Positions 25,449 through 33,718 of a DNA stretch of 44,288 nt are shown piece after piece. Made by a program: the position numbers and the translations under genes. Source of the stretch: a virus; the IMG/VR virus record IMGVR_UViG_3300045996_000964, positions 1 to 44,288 of that record; one strand, 5' to 3'. Numbering within the stretch: position 1 is the first letter of the stretch; each line of letters opens with the position of its first letter. The notes below the pieces were generated by a model, which saw only the letters and a program-made list of their open reading frames with translations, was not told the DNA's origin and ran no database searches.

Positions 25449-26096
25449 ATGAAGACCGTCGACCAGATGATCGACGACATCCTCCGCCGTGAGGGTGGCT
25501 ACGTGAACCACCCCGCCGATCGTGGCGGCCCGACCAACTTTGGCATCACCCACACCACACTCGCCTCCTACCGCGGGCTGGCATCCTGCTCGGCCAATGA
25601 CGTCCGCATGATGACCAAGCAGGAAGCTCGGACGAACTACGCGCAGGACTACTACTTCGCGCCGCGGATCAACCTGCTCCCCACCGAGATCCAGCCGTTC
25701 GTCTTCGACTGCGCCGTCAACCACGGCCCAGCCCGGGCCATCCGGTTCGTCCAGGAGGTCTGCAAACAGCTCGACACCCGATCCCTCGTGGTCGACGGGA
25801 GGTGCGGTCCAGCGACCGCCGGCCGCGTCTGCGAGATCATCGTGAACTTCGGCAACCACCGCGAGCTGCTGCGCGCCCTCGTGGAGCGGCGCCGCCAGTT
25901 CTACCTCGAGCTGATCGCCCGCAAGCCCAGCCAGGAAGCCTTCCGCAAGGGCTGGATGAACCGGCTCGCCGAGTTCGCGGTCGACGATGCTCAGCGCGCC
26001 CTGATCCTCACGGGCCAAGAGCTGCCGGCTCCACCCACCGAGCAGCCCTCCAAGTTGGTGAGCTTCCTGAACCTCCTCAGGGACCTGCTCTCCTAG
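25449..26096 (+). CDS. endolysin, GH108-type N-terminal domain with a peptidoglycan-binding C-terminal domain
   Basis: The N-terminal REGGYVNHPADRGGPTNFGIT is the GH108 signature EGGYxxxxxDxGGxTxxGIT. Confidence 0.75.
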   Translation: MKTVDQMIDDILRREGGYVNHPADRGGPTNFGITHTTLASYRGLASCSANDVRMMTKQEARTNYAQDYYFAPRINLLPTEIQPFVFDCAVNHGPARAIRFVQEVCKQLDTRSLVVDGRCGPATAGRVCEIIVNFGNHRELLRALVERRRQFYLELIARKPSQEAFRKGWMNRLAEFAVDDAQRALILTGQELPAPPTEQPSKLVSFLNLLRDLLS

Positions 26097-26170
26097 CCAT
26101 CCGGCGCGCCTCTTCGGGGGCCGCCACCCTCCGTTCCATCAGCCCTCGACAACCGAGAAAGGTCATCCCC

Positions 26171-26425
26171 ATGACGACCAAGCTGTTCAACGGCGCGACC
26201 CAGCACGACCTGATCCTGAGCCACCTGCGCTCGCGTGACCCGAAGACGGGCGCACGGCGCACCCTCAGCCAGCACGAGGCCCGCGACCTGTACCGCATCG
26301 AGCGGCTGGCCGCCCGCGTCTGCGAGCTGCGCGACCGCAACTACATGATCACCGACGAGCGCAAGCAGGACGTCACCGGCCGGGCCTACACCCGGTACGC
26401 GCTGGCCAGCCACCTCCACGGCTGA
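26171..26425 (+). CDS. small winged-helix DNA-binding protein (84 aa)
   Basis: The pattern LSQHEARDLYRIERLAARVCELRDRNYMI...YTRYAL is typical of a phage/plasmid HTH family. The family name is not verified. Confidence 0.5.
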   Translation: MTTKLFNGATQHDLILSHLRSRDPKTGARRTLSQHEARDLYRIERLAARVCELRDRNYMITDERKQDVTGRAYTRYALASHLHG

Positions 26426-28077
26426 TGACCGAGAGCGAGTTCCTGCACCACGAGCCCTGCCCGAACTGTGGGTCCAGCGACAACCTGGGCCGCTACACCG
26501 ATGGGCACGCGTGGTGCTTCGGCTGCGGCCACCACGAGAAGGGCGAGGGGGTTTCCTCTCGCCCTCACCTATCCACCCATGGAAGGGAGACCCGCGTGTC
26601 GGACCTGATCCCGGCCGGTGAAGTTCGACCCCTCCAGAAGCGGGAGATCAGCCAAGAGACGTGCGCCAAGTTCGGCTACACGGTGGGCACCCTCGGCGGC
26701 AAGACGGTGCAGATCGCGCCGTACTACGACGAGGCCGGCGCCCTGATCGCGCAGCACATCCGGTTCCCCAATAAGGAGTTCGTCTGGCTCGGAAACGCCA
26801 AGGAGGCGGCCATGTTCGGCCAGCACCTCTGGCGCGACGGCGGCCGGCGGGTGATCGTCACCGAGGGGGAGATCGACGCCCTCTCAGTCAGCCAGCTCCA
26901 GTCCAACAAATGGCCGGTCGTCTCGATCGGGTGCGGGGCAGCCAAGCCCGAGCACACAGCGAAGATTACCAAGCACATCGGCCGGCACGTGAAGTGGCTG
27001 GAGAGGTTCGACGAGGTCATCTTCGCGTTCGACATGGACGAGCAGGGCAGGGCCAGCGCCAAGGCGGCTGCCATGTGTCTCTCGCCCGGCAAGGCGAAGA
27101 TCGCCAGCTACCCCCTCCACGACGCCAACGACATGCTGGTCGCTGGGCGCGGTGAGGAGCTGATCAACTGCCTGTGGGGTGCCAAGGAGTTCCGCCCCGA
27201 TGGCCTGCTCAAGATCAGCGACGTCATCGAGCGGGCGCTCACCGCCCCGGAGATGGGCGCGCCGTACCCCTGGCAGCGCCTCACCGACCTGACCTACGGA
27301 CGCCGCCCTGGGCAGCTGATCGCCTGGGGTGCTGGCACGGGTGCCGGCAAGACGGACGTGCTGATGCAGGTGGTCGCCCACATCATGCAGTCCGGTCACG
27401 AGAAGGTCGGGCTGTTCATGTTCGAGAACGCGCCCGAGGAGACCGCCCGCTACGTGGCCGGCAAGATCGACGGCAAGCTCTACAACCACCCAGGCGCCAA
27501 CTGGACGGCGGCCGAGCTGCGCGAGCGGCTGGAGTGGATGAACGCGCAGGACCGGCTGATCATCTACGACAACTGGGGCACGACGGACTGGGACGAGGTC
27601 AAGACCCACATCCGCTACCTGGTCAAGTCGTGGGACTGCACCGCCGTCGTCATCGACCACATCACCGCCTTCTCCGCCCGCTCCGACGACGAGCGGCGGG
27701 AGATCGAGAAGCTCATGGCCGACATGGCGATGCTGGCGCAGGAGCTGCGCATTGTCATCGACGTGGTGAGCCACCTCTCGCGCACCGATGGCAAGCCCCA
27801 CGAGGAAGGCGGGCGGGTGACCATCCGCAACTTCAAGGGCTCCAGCTCGATCGGCTTCTGGTCGCACGTGATTTTCGGCCTGGAGCGCAACCAGCAGGCC
27901 GACGACCCGGAGGAACGGCAGACCGCCACCCTCCGCATCCTGAAGTGCCGCCCTCGTGGCAGCTCCACGGGCAGCGTCCTGTCGATCAAGTACGACCCGA
28001 GCACCGGCCTCTACCAGGAGGTCGTCGACAACCCCTTCGACACCACCAACGACGGCAACGAGGAGAGCCCCTTCTGA
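26425..28077 (+). CDS. primase-helicase (T7 gp4-like)
   Basis: Zn finger CPNCGSSDN...CFGCGHH, TOPRIM VTEGEIDALS, Walker A GAGTGAGKT, and DnaB-family helicase C-terminal blocks. Confidence 0.95.
   Translation: MTESEFLHHEPCPNCGSSDNLGRYTDGHAWCFGCGHHEKGEGVSSRPHLSTHGRETRVSDLIPAGEVRPLQKREISQETCAKFGYTVGTLGGKTVQIAPYYDEAGALIAQHIRFPNKEFVWLGNAKEAAMFGQHLWRDGGRRVIVTEGEIDALSVSQLQSNKWPVVSIGCGAAKPEHTAKITKHIGRHVKWLERFDEVIFAFDMDEQGRASAKAAAMCLSPGKAKIASYPLHDANDMLVAGRGEELINCLWGAKEFRPDGLLKISDVIERALTAPEMGAPYPWQRLTDLTYGRRPGQLIAWGAGTGAGKTDVLMQVVAHIMQSGHEKVGLFMFENAPEETARYVAGKIDGKLYNHPGANWTAAELRERLEWMNAQDRLIIYDNWGTTDWDEVKTHIRYLVKSWDCTAVVIDHITAFSARSDDERREIEKLMADMAMLAQELRIVIDVVSHLSRTDGKPHEEGGRVTIRNFKGSSSIGFWSHVIFGLERNQQADDPEERQTATLRILKCRPRGSSTGSVLSIKYDPSTGLYQEVVDNPFDTTNDGNEESPF
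26564..26577 (+). promoter_or_regulatory. motif B copy (ctcacctATCCACc) inside the primase-helicase gene, ahead of an internal SD + GTG
   Basis: It is followed by GGAAGGGAGA (26581-26590) and the in-frame GTG 26596 (codon 58), just after the Zn-finger domain. Confidence 0.4.
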
Positions 28078-28274
28078 TGCAGCAGCTTCACGTCTACCGC
28101 GTGGTGAGCGGCGAGTGGTCGAGGGAGATCACCGCCGTGAGCCTCGAAGTCGCCCTGGGGTCGGCCGCCATGTGCCGCCCAAAGGTCCCCGGCCAGACCC
28201 GCGCCTCGATCGAGATCGAGTACCTGCGGGACGCCCCCGTCGTCGAACAGCGCCACGCCCGGAGGGTCCTCTGA
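28077..28274 (+). CDS. hypothetical protein (65 aa)
   Basis: TGATG overlap with the helicase stop. Confidence 0.5.
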   Translation: MQQLHVYRVVSGEWSREITAVSLEVALGSAAMCRPKVPGQTRASIEIEYLRDAPVVEQRHARRVL

Positions 28275-28483
28275 TGCAGCAGACCAACGACACCCCGGCC
28301 GAGCAGCCGTGGGTCCTCGCGCTGCGCGAGCAGCTGACCAACGAGTACCTGGTCCTGAAGGCGGTCCTGCCCCAGCTCGACGAGCGCTTCACCAGCCTGG
28401 CCAACCGCGCCCGTGAGGCCGGCCTGATCGAGATCGCCCGGAGCGCCGCGCGCCTCGGCGGCCAGCTGAGCGAGATGGCCTGA
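28274..28483 (+). CDS. hypothetical protein (69 aa)
   Basis: TGATG overlap with the upstream stop. Confidence 0.5.
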   Translation: MQQTNDTPAEQPWVLALREQLTNEYLVLKAVLPQLDERFTSLANRAREAGLIEIARSAARLGGQLSEMA

Positions 28484-28737
28484 TGAAACCGATGACCACC
28501 AAGGAGTTCGAGGAGCTGGAGCCGGATCTGGACGACTGCGAGCCAGCCGACCCAGCCCTCATGAAGGCTCATATCTCGCTGTCCATCGCGATGGCGATCA
28601 CTCAGCACCAACCGCTGGCCGTGTGTGTGGTCCCCTGCCACACCGAGGAGGTCTTCGAGATCATGCAGGAGGCCGTCGAGAACATGGCCACCGAGCTGGA
28701 GTTCGCCGACCGCCTCCAGGTCATCCGCGCGCACTGA
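28483..28737 (+). CDS. hypothetical acidic protein (84 aa)
   Basis: TGATG overlap with the upstream stop. Confidence 0.55.
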   Translation: MKPMTTKEFEELEPDLDDCEPADPALMKAHISLSIAMAITQHQPLAVCVVPCHTEEVFEIMQEAVENMATELEFADRLQVIRAH

Positions 28738-28747
28738 ACAATCCACC
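28734..28747 (+). promoter_or_regulatory. motif B copy (ctgaacaATCCACc); its TGA is the stop codon of the preceding gene
   Basis: 14 nt upstream of the DNA polymerase ATG 28760. Confidence 0.4.
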
Positions 28748-28759
28748 TGAGGATACCAA

Positions 28760-30736
28760 ATGGCCCGGTACGTCTGTGATACCGAGACCGATGGGCTGCT
28801 CCCCACCCTGACCACGATCCACTGCGCCGTTGCGGTGGACATCGACACCGGGGAGTTGCACGACTTCGCCGATCAGCCCGGCTATCGGCCCATCGACGAG
28901 TTCCTGACGCTGACCGCTGATGCCGACATGATCGCGTTCCACAACGCCATCAAGTTCGACGTCCCGGCGATCAAGAAGGTCTACCCCCACTGGTCGCCGA
29001 AGGGCAGGGTGCTGGACACTCTCGTCCTCAGCCGCCTCGTCTACCCCGACATCAAGCGGGCCGACAGCGCGCTCCGCAAGAAGAACCCCGACCAGCTGCC
29101 CGGCTTCCTCGTCGGAGCCCACAGCCTGAAGTCGTGGGGCCACCGCCTCGAAGACCACAAGGGCGACTACAAGGGCGGCTGGGAGACCTGGTCCCCGGCC
29201 ATGCACGAGTACATGGTGCAGGACGCCATGCTCGGCCTCAAGGTGTGGAAGCACCTGGCCGGCCGCAAGCCGTCGCCCGAGGCGGTCGAGATCGAGCACG
29301 CCTTCGCCGAGTACCTGTTCGAGCAGGAGACCTACGGCTACCCGTTCAACGTGGCCATCGCCGAGAAGCTCTACGCTGAGCTGGCCGGCATCAAGGCCCG
29401 GCTGGAGACTGGGCTCCGCACGCTCTACCAGCCCTGGTTCGCCAGCGAAGGGATCATCAAGCCGCCCAAGCCGCGGCGCTACTGGACCTCCTCCGAGGAC
29501 GGCGGGGACACCAGGAAGGTGAAGTCGGAGCACGGCGGCCACTGGGTCGACCGCGGCTACTGGAACCACGTCGAAGGCCCCTACACGCAGATCAAGCTGA
29601 CCGAGTTCAACCCGAGCAGCCGGCACCACATCGCCGATCGCCTGCGGAAGCTCAGGGGGTGGGTGCCGCAGGAGTTCACGAAGGACGGCCACCCCAAGGT
29701 CGACGACGTGGTGATCAGCCAGCTCCCCTACCCGGAGGCGCCGCAGCTCGCGGAATACCTCATGGTGGCGAAGCGGCTGGGCCAGCTCGGCGACGGCAAG
29801 GAAGGCTGGCTGAAGGCGGTCAAGCAGAACGGTCGCATCCACGGCGAGGTCATCTCGATCGGGACGCCGACCCACCGCTGCACCCACCGCAGGCCGAACA
29901 TCACCCAGGTGCCGAAGGTCCAGATCACCAAGGTGGATGGCAAGAAGGTCATCCTCATGGGGATCGAGGGCGGCTTCGGATGGGAATGCCGCAGCCTGTT
30001 CCACGCCCCCGAGGGTTACCTCCAGGTCGGCGCCGACGCCTCCGGCTTGGAGCTGCGGTGCCTCGGCCACTACCTCGCAAGGTACGACGACGGGAAGTTC
30101 ATCAAGGAGCTGCTCGAAGGCGACATCCACCAGGTCAATATGGATGCGCTCCAAGAGCTGAGCCCCAACCGTGACTGCTCCAAGACCGAGATGTACGCCC
30201 TGCTCTACGGGGCGGGCGACAAGAAGCTCGGCACGATCGTGCTGGAGTACTACGCCAGACTGGGCCTGACCCCGCCCGGCACCAACCCACAGAAGCTCGG
30301 CAAGGCCGTCCGCGACCGCCTCGCGAAGGGCCTCGGCATCGGCAAGGCGGACAAGAAGGGCACCCTCATGGGTGACCTGTCGATCGCCCTCCAGGGGCGC
30401 GACTGGCTGAAGGGCATCGACGGCCGCGCCGTCCCGGTGCGCTCGCAGCACAGCGCCCTGAACACCCTGCTCCAGTCGGCAGGCTCGATCGCCTTCAAGA
30501 CGGCCACGGTTCTTCTGCGCCGTGATCTATCCACCCATGGCTTTGTCGTCCCGGTGGATTGGTGGCCGGCCGCTCACGTCCACGACGAAGTACAGCTGAT
30601 CGCCAAGGAGGGCATCGCAAATGAACTTGGAATGCTCGCAGTACAGTCTGTCAGACGAGCAGGAGAACGACTTGGGTTCCGATGCCAACTCGACGGCGAA
30701 TACAAGATCGGCAAGAATTGGGCTGAAACGCACTGA
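28760..30736 (+). CDS. DNA polymerase, family A (T7 gp5-like)
   Basis: Exo motif CDTETDGL; pol motifs GADASGLELR, KTEMYALLYGAG and HVHDEVQ. The C-terminus ...GKNWAETH parallels the T7 ...GPNWAICH. Confidence 0.95.
   Translation: MARYVCDTETDGLLPTLTTIHCAVAVDIDTGELHDFADQPGYRPIDEFLTLTADADMIAFHNAIKFDVPAIKKVYPHWSPKGRVLDTLVLSRLVYPDIKRADSALRKKNPDQLPGFLVGAHSLKSWGHRLEDHKGDYKGGWETWSPAMHEYMVQDAMLGLKVWKHLAGRKPSPEAVEIEHAFAEYLFEQETYGYPFNVAIAEKLYAELAGIKARLETGLRTLYQPWFASEGIIKPPKPRRYWTSSEDGGDTRKVKSEHGGHWVDRGYWNHVEGPYTQIKLTEFNPSSRHHIADRLRKLRGWVPQEFTKDGHPKVDDVVISQLPYPEAPQLAEYLMVAKRLGQLGDGKEGWLKAVKQNGRIHGEVISIGTPTHRCTHRRPNITQVPKVQITKVDGKKVILMGIEGGFGWECRSLFHAPEGYLQVGADASGLELRCLGHYLARYDDGKFIKELLEGDIHQVNMDALQELSPNRDCSKTEMYALLYGAGDKKLGTIVLEYYARLGLTPPGTNPQKLGKAVRDRLAKGLGIGKADKKGTLMGDLSIALQGRDWLKGIDGRAVPVRSQHSALNTLLQSAGSIAFKTATVLLRRDLSTHGFVVPVDWWPAAHVHDEVQLIAKEGIANELGMLAVQSVRRAGERLGFRCQLDGEYKIGKNWAETH
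30522..30535 (+). promoter_or_regulatory. motif B copy (gtgatctATCCACc) inside the 3' part of the DNA polymerase gene
   Basis: 86 nt upstream of ATG 30621, which carries an AAGGAGGG SD. Confidence 0.35.
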
Positions 30737-30944
30737 GCTTGATTTCGAGCCTGTTCTTCACGAGGCCTGGGCGGGCGGCTTCACCACGAAGTCGGACTTC
30801 GCTCGGGCCAACGCCGACGAGATCGCCTGCGCGTCGTCCTCTGGCCTGCTCACGGTGCAAGACACCCGCGACACCTTCGGACGGTCCTGGCGGATTACCC
30901 CCGCCGGGCTCGCCCTCCTCTGGCAACTCAGGAGCCTCGCATGA
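30621..30944 (+). CDS. hypothetical protein (107 aa); the 5' 116 nt overlap the DNA polymerase gene in another frame
   Basis: AAGGAGGG lies 9 nt upstream of ATG 30621. There is no alternative ATG/GTG/TTG in frame after the polymerase stop. The C-terminal 70 aa look protein-like, while the N-terminal part is low complexity. Confidence 0.45.
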   Translation: MNLECSQYSLSDEQENDLGSDANSTANTRSARIGLKRTELDFEPVLHEAWAGGFTTKSDFARANADEIACASSSGLLTVQDTRDTFGRSWRITPAGLALLWQLRSLA

Positions 30945-31195
30945 AGATCACCACCCGCACCAACCAGACCTTCGTCCTCACCCACGAGGACCTGAAGGAC
31001 GCCTTTACCGATTACCTCGTGAAGCTCGGCGAGCCGCTTCCGGCCAACAGCCGGGTGTCCATCACGGCGGAAGAGAACCGCGGCCGGGCGCTCACCATGA
31101 CGGTGGTCATCGAGGGCGACGTCGAGACCAAGGAAGTCGGCCGGAAGGAAACCGGCCCCACTGGCCCGACCCCGCCGAGGGGGCCGCTCGCGTGA
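30941..31195 (+). CDS. hypothetical protein (84 aa)
   Basis: ATGA overlap with the upstream stop; GGAG lies 7 nt upstream. Confidence 0.55.
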   Translation: MKITTRTNQTFVLTHEDLKDAFTDYLVKLGEPLPANSRVSITAEENRGRALTMTVVIEGDVETKEVGRKETGPTGPTPPRGPLA

Positions 31196-31950
31196 CAACA
31201 CTCCTGATCGACGGCGATACAGTCGTCTACAGGTTCGCGTGTGGTGGTCAGAAGTCCTTCGATTGGGGCAACGGTGTGGTGTCGAGCCACACCGACCTCG
31301 GCACCGCGGTCAAGCGGGTCGATGCCTACGTCGAGCTGCTCCAGGAGCGCCTCAATGGTGACCAAGTCATCATGGCGCTCACCGACCCGGAGCACAACTA
31401 CCGCAAGGACATCCTGCCCACCTACAAGGGCCTGCGCCCGTCCGAGAAGCCGCTCATGTGGGCCGACCTCCGCGCCCACGTGCAGTCCACCTACCGGTCA
31501 TTCATCCGCCCGTCCCTCGAAGGCGACGACGTCCTCGGCATCCTGGCCACGCACCCGAAGCTGGTGCCGGGCAAGAAGGTGATCGTCGCGATCGACAAGG
31601 ACATGCGGACGGTTCCGGCCCTCCACCACAACCCCGACAGCAACAAGACGTTCGAGGTCGACGAGCCCACCGCCGACTACTGGCACCTGTTCCAGACCCT
31701 CACCGGCGACGTCGTTGACTGCTACGCCGGCTGCCCTGGCATCGGCCCAGTCAAGGCCGAGCGCATCATCGGCGGCCCGGACTTCATCCGCTCCTGGGGC
31801 GTCGACACCGCCTGGATGGCTGTCGTCGAGACCTTCGAGAGCCGGGGCCTGACTGCCGAGGACGCCCTCGTGCAGGCCCGCGTCGCGCGCATCCTCCGCA
31901 CCACCGACTACGACTTCAAGGCCAAACGCCCGATCCTCTGGCGCCCGTAG
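31192..31950 (+). CDS. 5'-3' exonuclease (T7 gp6-like)
   Basis: LLIDGD, LEGDDVLGILA, VAIDKDMRTVP, YWHLFQTLTGD, and a C-terminus ARILRTTDYDF...ILWRP that closely parallels T7 gp6. The GTG start forms a GTGA overlap. Confidence 0.93.
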   Translation: MTTLLIDGDTVVYRFACGGQKSFDWGNGVVSSHTDLGTAVKRVDAYVELLQERLNGDQVIMALTDPEHNYRKDILPTYKGLRPSEKPLMWADLRAHVQSTYRSFIRPSLEGDDVLGILATHPKLVPGKKVIVAIDKDMRTVPALHHNPDSNKTFEVDEPTADYWHLFQTLTGDVVDCYAGCPGIGPVKAERIIGGPDFIRSWGVDTAWMAVVETFESRGLTAEDALVQARVARILRTTDYDFKAKRPILWRP

Positions 31951-31981
31951 CCGCCACCCCTCCCACATCCTGGAGCTGCTC

Positions 31982-32590
31982 ATGAGCGACACCCTGATGG
32001 TGTCCATGCGGACTGGCGTGCCCACCGTGTGGGTCTCCGCCCTCAAGCGCGCGCAGATGGTCGACGAGAGCGCGGTCCTGGCCGGCGGCGCACTGCGGGA
32101 CCTGAGGCACTTCGTCGAGGTCAAGGACCTGGACATCTTCGTCGGCCCCTACGCGACCAAGGAGCTGCTGGACGCCGCCTTCGGGGTGACCGGCAAGTCG
32201 AAGATCAGCGCCGGCTGCGCCTACAAGCTCGGCATGACCGACGTGCTGGCGGTCTACGAGTACACCCTCATGGGATGCCCCATCATCCAGGTCATCGTCC
32301 TCCGGGAGCCGGTCACCATGAAGTTCGTCCTGGAGCGGATCGATTTCGGCATCTGCCAGATCGGCTTCGATGGCGAGCACATTGTCACCACCTCGGCCTA
32401 CGCCGTCGACCACCAGCGCCAGACCTTCACCCTCACCTTCTGCCCCGACGCGAACCGCTACCAGCGCGCCGTCACGCGCTTCGATCGGCTCTCGCAGAAG
32501 TACCCCGGCTGGCAGCTCGTGCTCCCGCTGGAGTGGGGCCTGCTCATGGAAGACGGGCAGCTCGACCTCGACGCCCTCTCTGCGGCCTGA
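31982..32590 (+). CDS. minimal Pol-beta-superfamily nucleotidyltransferase (CCA-adding/poly(A) polymerase head-domain-like)
   Basis: AGGALRDLRHFVEVKDLDIF fits the GGxVRDxxLxxxxxDxD motif, and ERIDFGICQIG resembles the RRDFTINA motif. 202 aa. Confidence 0.5.
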   Translation: MSDTLMVSMRTGVPTVWVSALKRAQMVDESAVLAGGALRDLRHFVEVKDLDIFVGPYATKELLDAAFGVTGKSKISAGCAYKLGMTDVLAVYEYTLMGCPIIQVIVLREPVTMKFVLERIDFGICQIGFDGEHIVTTSAYAVDHQRQTFTLTFCPDANRYQRAVTRFDRLSQKYPGWQLVLPLEWGLLMEDGQLDLDALSAA

Positions 32591-32601
32591 ACCTATCCAC
32601 C
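32587..32601 (+). promoter_or_regulatory. motif B copy (ctgaacctATCCACc); its TGA is the stop codon of the preceding gene
   Basis: 11 nt upstream of ATG 32611. Confidence 0.4.
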
Positions 32602-32610
32602 GGAGCAACT

Positions 32611-33186
32611 ATGCGCGACATGGATGACATCGAACTCCCGCGCCTGATCGGCCTCTACAGCTCGGAGGCACGGAGCGGGAAGGGCACCGTGGCGAGCGTC
32701 CTCGTGGAGGAGTTCGGCTACGAGCAGCACCAGTTCTCGGCGCCCATCAAGAGCGCCTGGGCTGGTCTCCTGGAGGCGGCTGGCCAGGGGGATCTCCTCA
32801 AGGAAACCCTCGAAGGCGCCCTCAAGGAGTTCCCGCTGCCGAGCCTCGGCGGGCTCAGCTTCCGGGTGTTCGGCGAGCACCTGGGCAACGGCCTGCGCAA
32901 GCGGGTGGGGCCGGACATCTGGCTCTGCATCACCCGCGGCGTCATCGAGAGCGCCCTCAAGCAGGGGCCGGTGGTGGTCTCCGACATGCGCTACCCGAAC
33001 GAGTTCGCCCTGATCAAGACCCTGGGCGGCATCTGCGTCCGGGTCGAGCGGGCGGACGGCTACACGCGGGGCTTCCAGCATCCCAGCGAGGGCCGGCTCA
33101 ACCAATACAGCTTCGACTACTTCCTCCGGGCCAGCTCGGCTGAGGAGTTGGAGCGGCGCACCAGGGAGATGGCGCGCTTCATGTGA
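32611..33186 (+). CDS. P-loop kinase, dNMP-kinase-like (191 aa)
   Basis: P-loop SSEARSGKGT near the N-terminus; VVVSDMRYPNE and HPSEG blocks resemble phage deoxynucleotide monophosphate kinases. Confidence 0.55.
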   Translation: MRDMDDIELPRLIGLYSSEARSGKGTVASVLVEEFGYEQHQFSAPIKSAWAGLLEAAGQGDLLKETLEGALKEFPLPSLGGLSFRVFGEHLGNGLRKRVGPDIWLCITRGVIESALKQGPVVVSDMRYPNEFALIKTLGGICVRVERADGYTRGFQHPSEGRLNQYSFDYFLRASSAEELERRTREMARFM

Positions 33187-33194
33187 CCAACGGC

Positions 33195-33215
33195 GGGGCT
33201 CCTTCGGGGGGCTCC
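33195..33215 (+). terminator. stem-loop (GGGGCUCC-UUCGG-GGGGCUCC, pairing with G-U) between the replication and structural modules
   Basis: It shares the 16-mer ggggctccttcggggg with the hairpin at 6294 and lies 9 nt upstream of motif A copy 3. There is no U-tract. Confidence 0.3.
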
Positions 33216-33224
33216 GCTCTCACT

Positions 33225-33250
33225 GCGAAATACCTTGCCACTCAACCCCC
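33225..33250 (+). promoter_or_regulatory. motif A copy 3: candidate phage RNA polymerase late promoter
   Basis: It is identical to 8958-8983 and heads the structural gene block. Confidence 0.6.
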
Positions 33251-33267
33251 GCACAGGGATCACCTCC

Positions 33268-33465
33268 ATGCAACACGAGCAGGACTTCCCCGCCGTCCCC
33301 GAGGTGCTCCTCAAGGAGCTGGAGCGACGGTTCCCCGATCGCTGCCCGGACCCCAAGCTCACCGATCGAGAGATCTGGATGAAGGTTGGTGCGGTCCAGG
33401 TAGTGCGCTTCCTCCGTCACCAGTTCGATGAACAACACGCGCCCCTTCATGGGGACCTGGAGTAG
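33268..33465 (+). CDS. hypothetical protein (65 aa)
   Basis: ATG 33268 is the first ATG after motif A. The ORF is nominally open from a TTG inside the promoter. Confidence 0.5.
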   Translation: MQHEQDFPAVPEVLLKELERRFPDRCPDPKLTDREIWMKVGAVQVVRFLRHQFDEQHAPLHGDLE

Positions 33466-33470
33466 CGACC

Positions 33471-33707
33471 ATGTGTGCCCCGAAGGTCAAGACCCCCAAG
33501 CCGGCCCCTGCGCCGGTAGCACCACCTCCTCCGCCTCCGCCTCCTCCTCCGCCCCCTGCCGCCTTCGTCGCCCCCACCCAACAGATCAGTCCGGTGATTG
33601 GCGGTCAGAACGATAACCCACGGCAGGGTAGAGGTCGACTGATCATCCCCCTGCGCAGGGCTGGCACCAATAGCTCCGTCGCGGGTGGTCTCCAAATCCC
33701 AAGGTAA
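33471..33707 (+). CDS. small proline-rich protein with a 12-Pro run (78 aa)
   Basis: GGAG lies 8 nt upstream. Sequence begins MCAPKVKTPKPAPAPVAPPPPPPPPPPPPAAF...; the gene lies directly upstream of the portal gene. Confidence 0.55.
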   Translation: MCAPKVKTPKPAPAPVAPPPPPPPPPPPPAAFVAPTQQISPVIGGQNDNPRQGRGRLIIPLRRAGTNSSVAGGLQIPR

Positions 33708-33718
33708 GGTGAACCCCC

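Noticed and set aside
26095-26130. Possible terminator hairpin after the endolysin gene (ggcgcgcctcttcgggggccgcc)
   Set aside because: I could not draw a stem of more than 3-4 consecutive pairs, and there is no U-tract.
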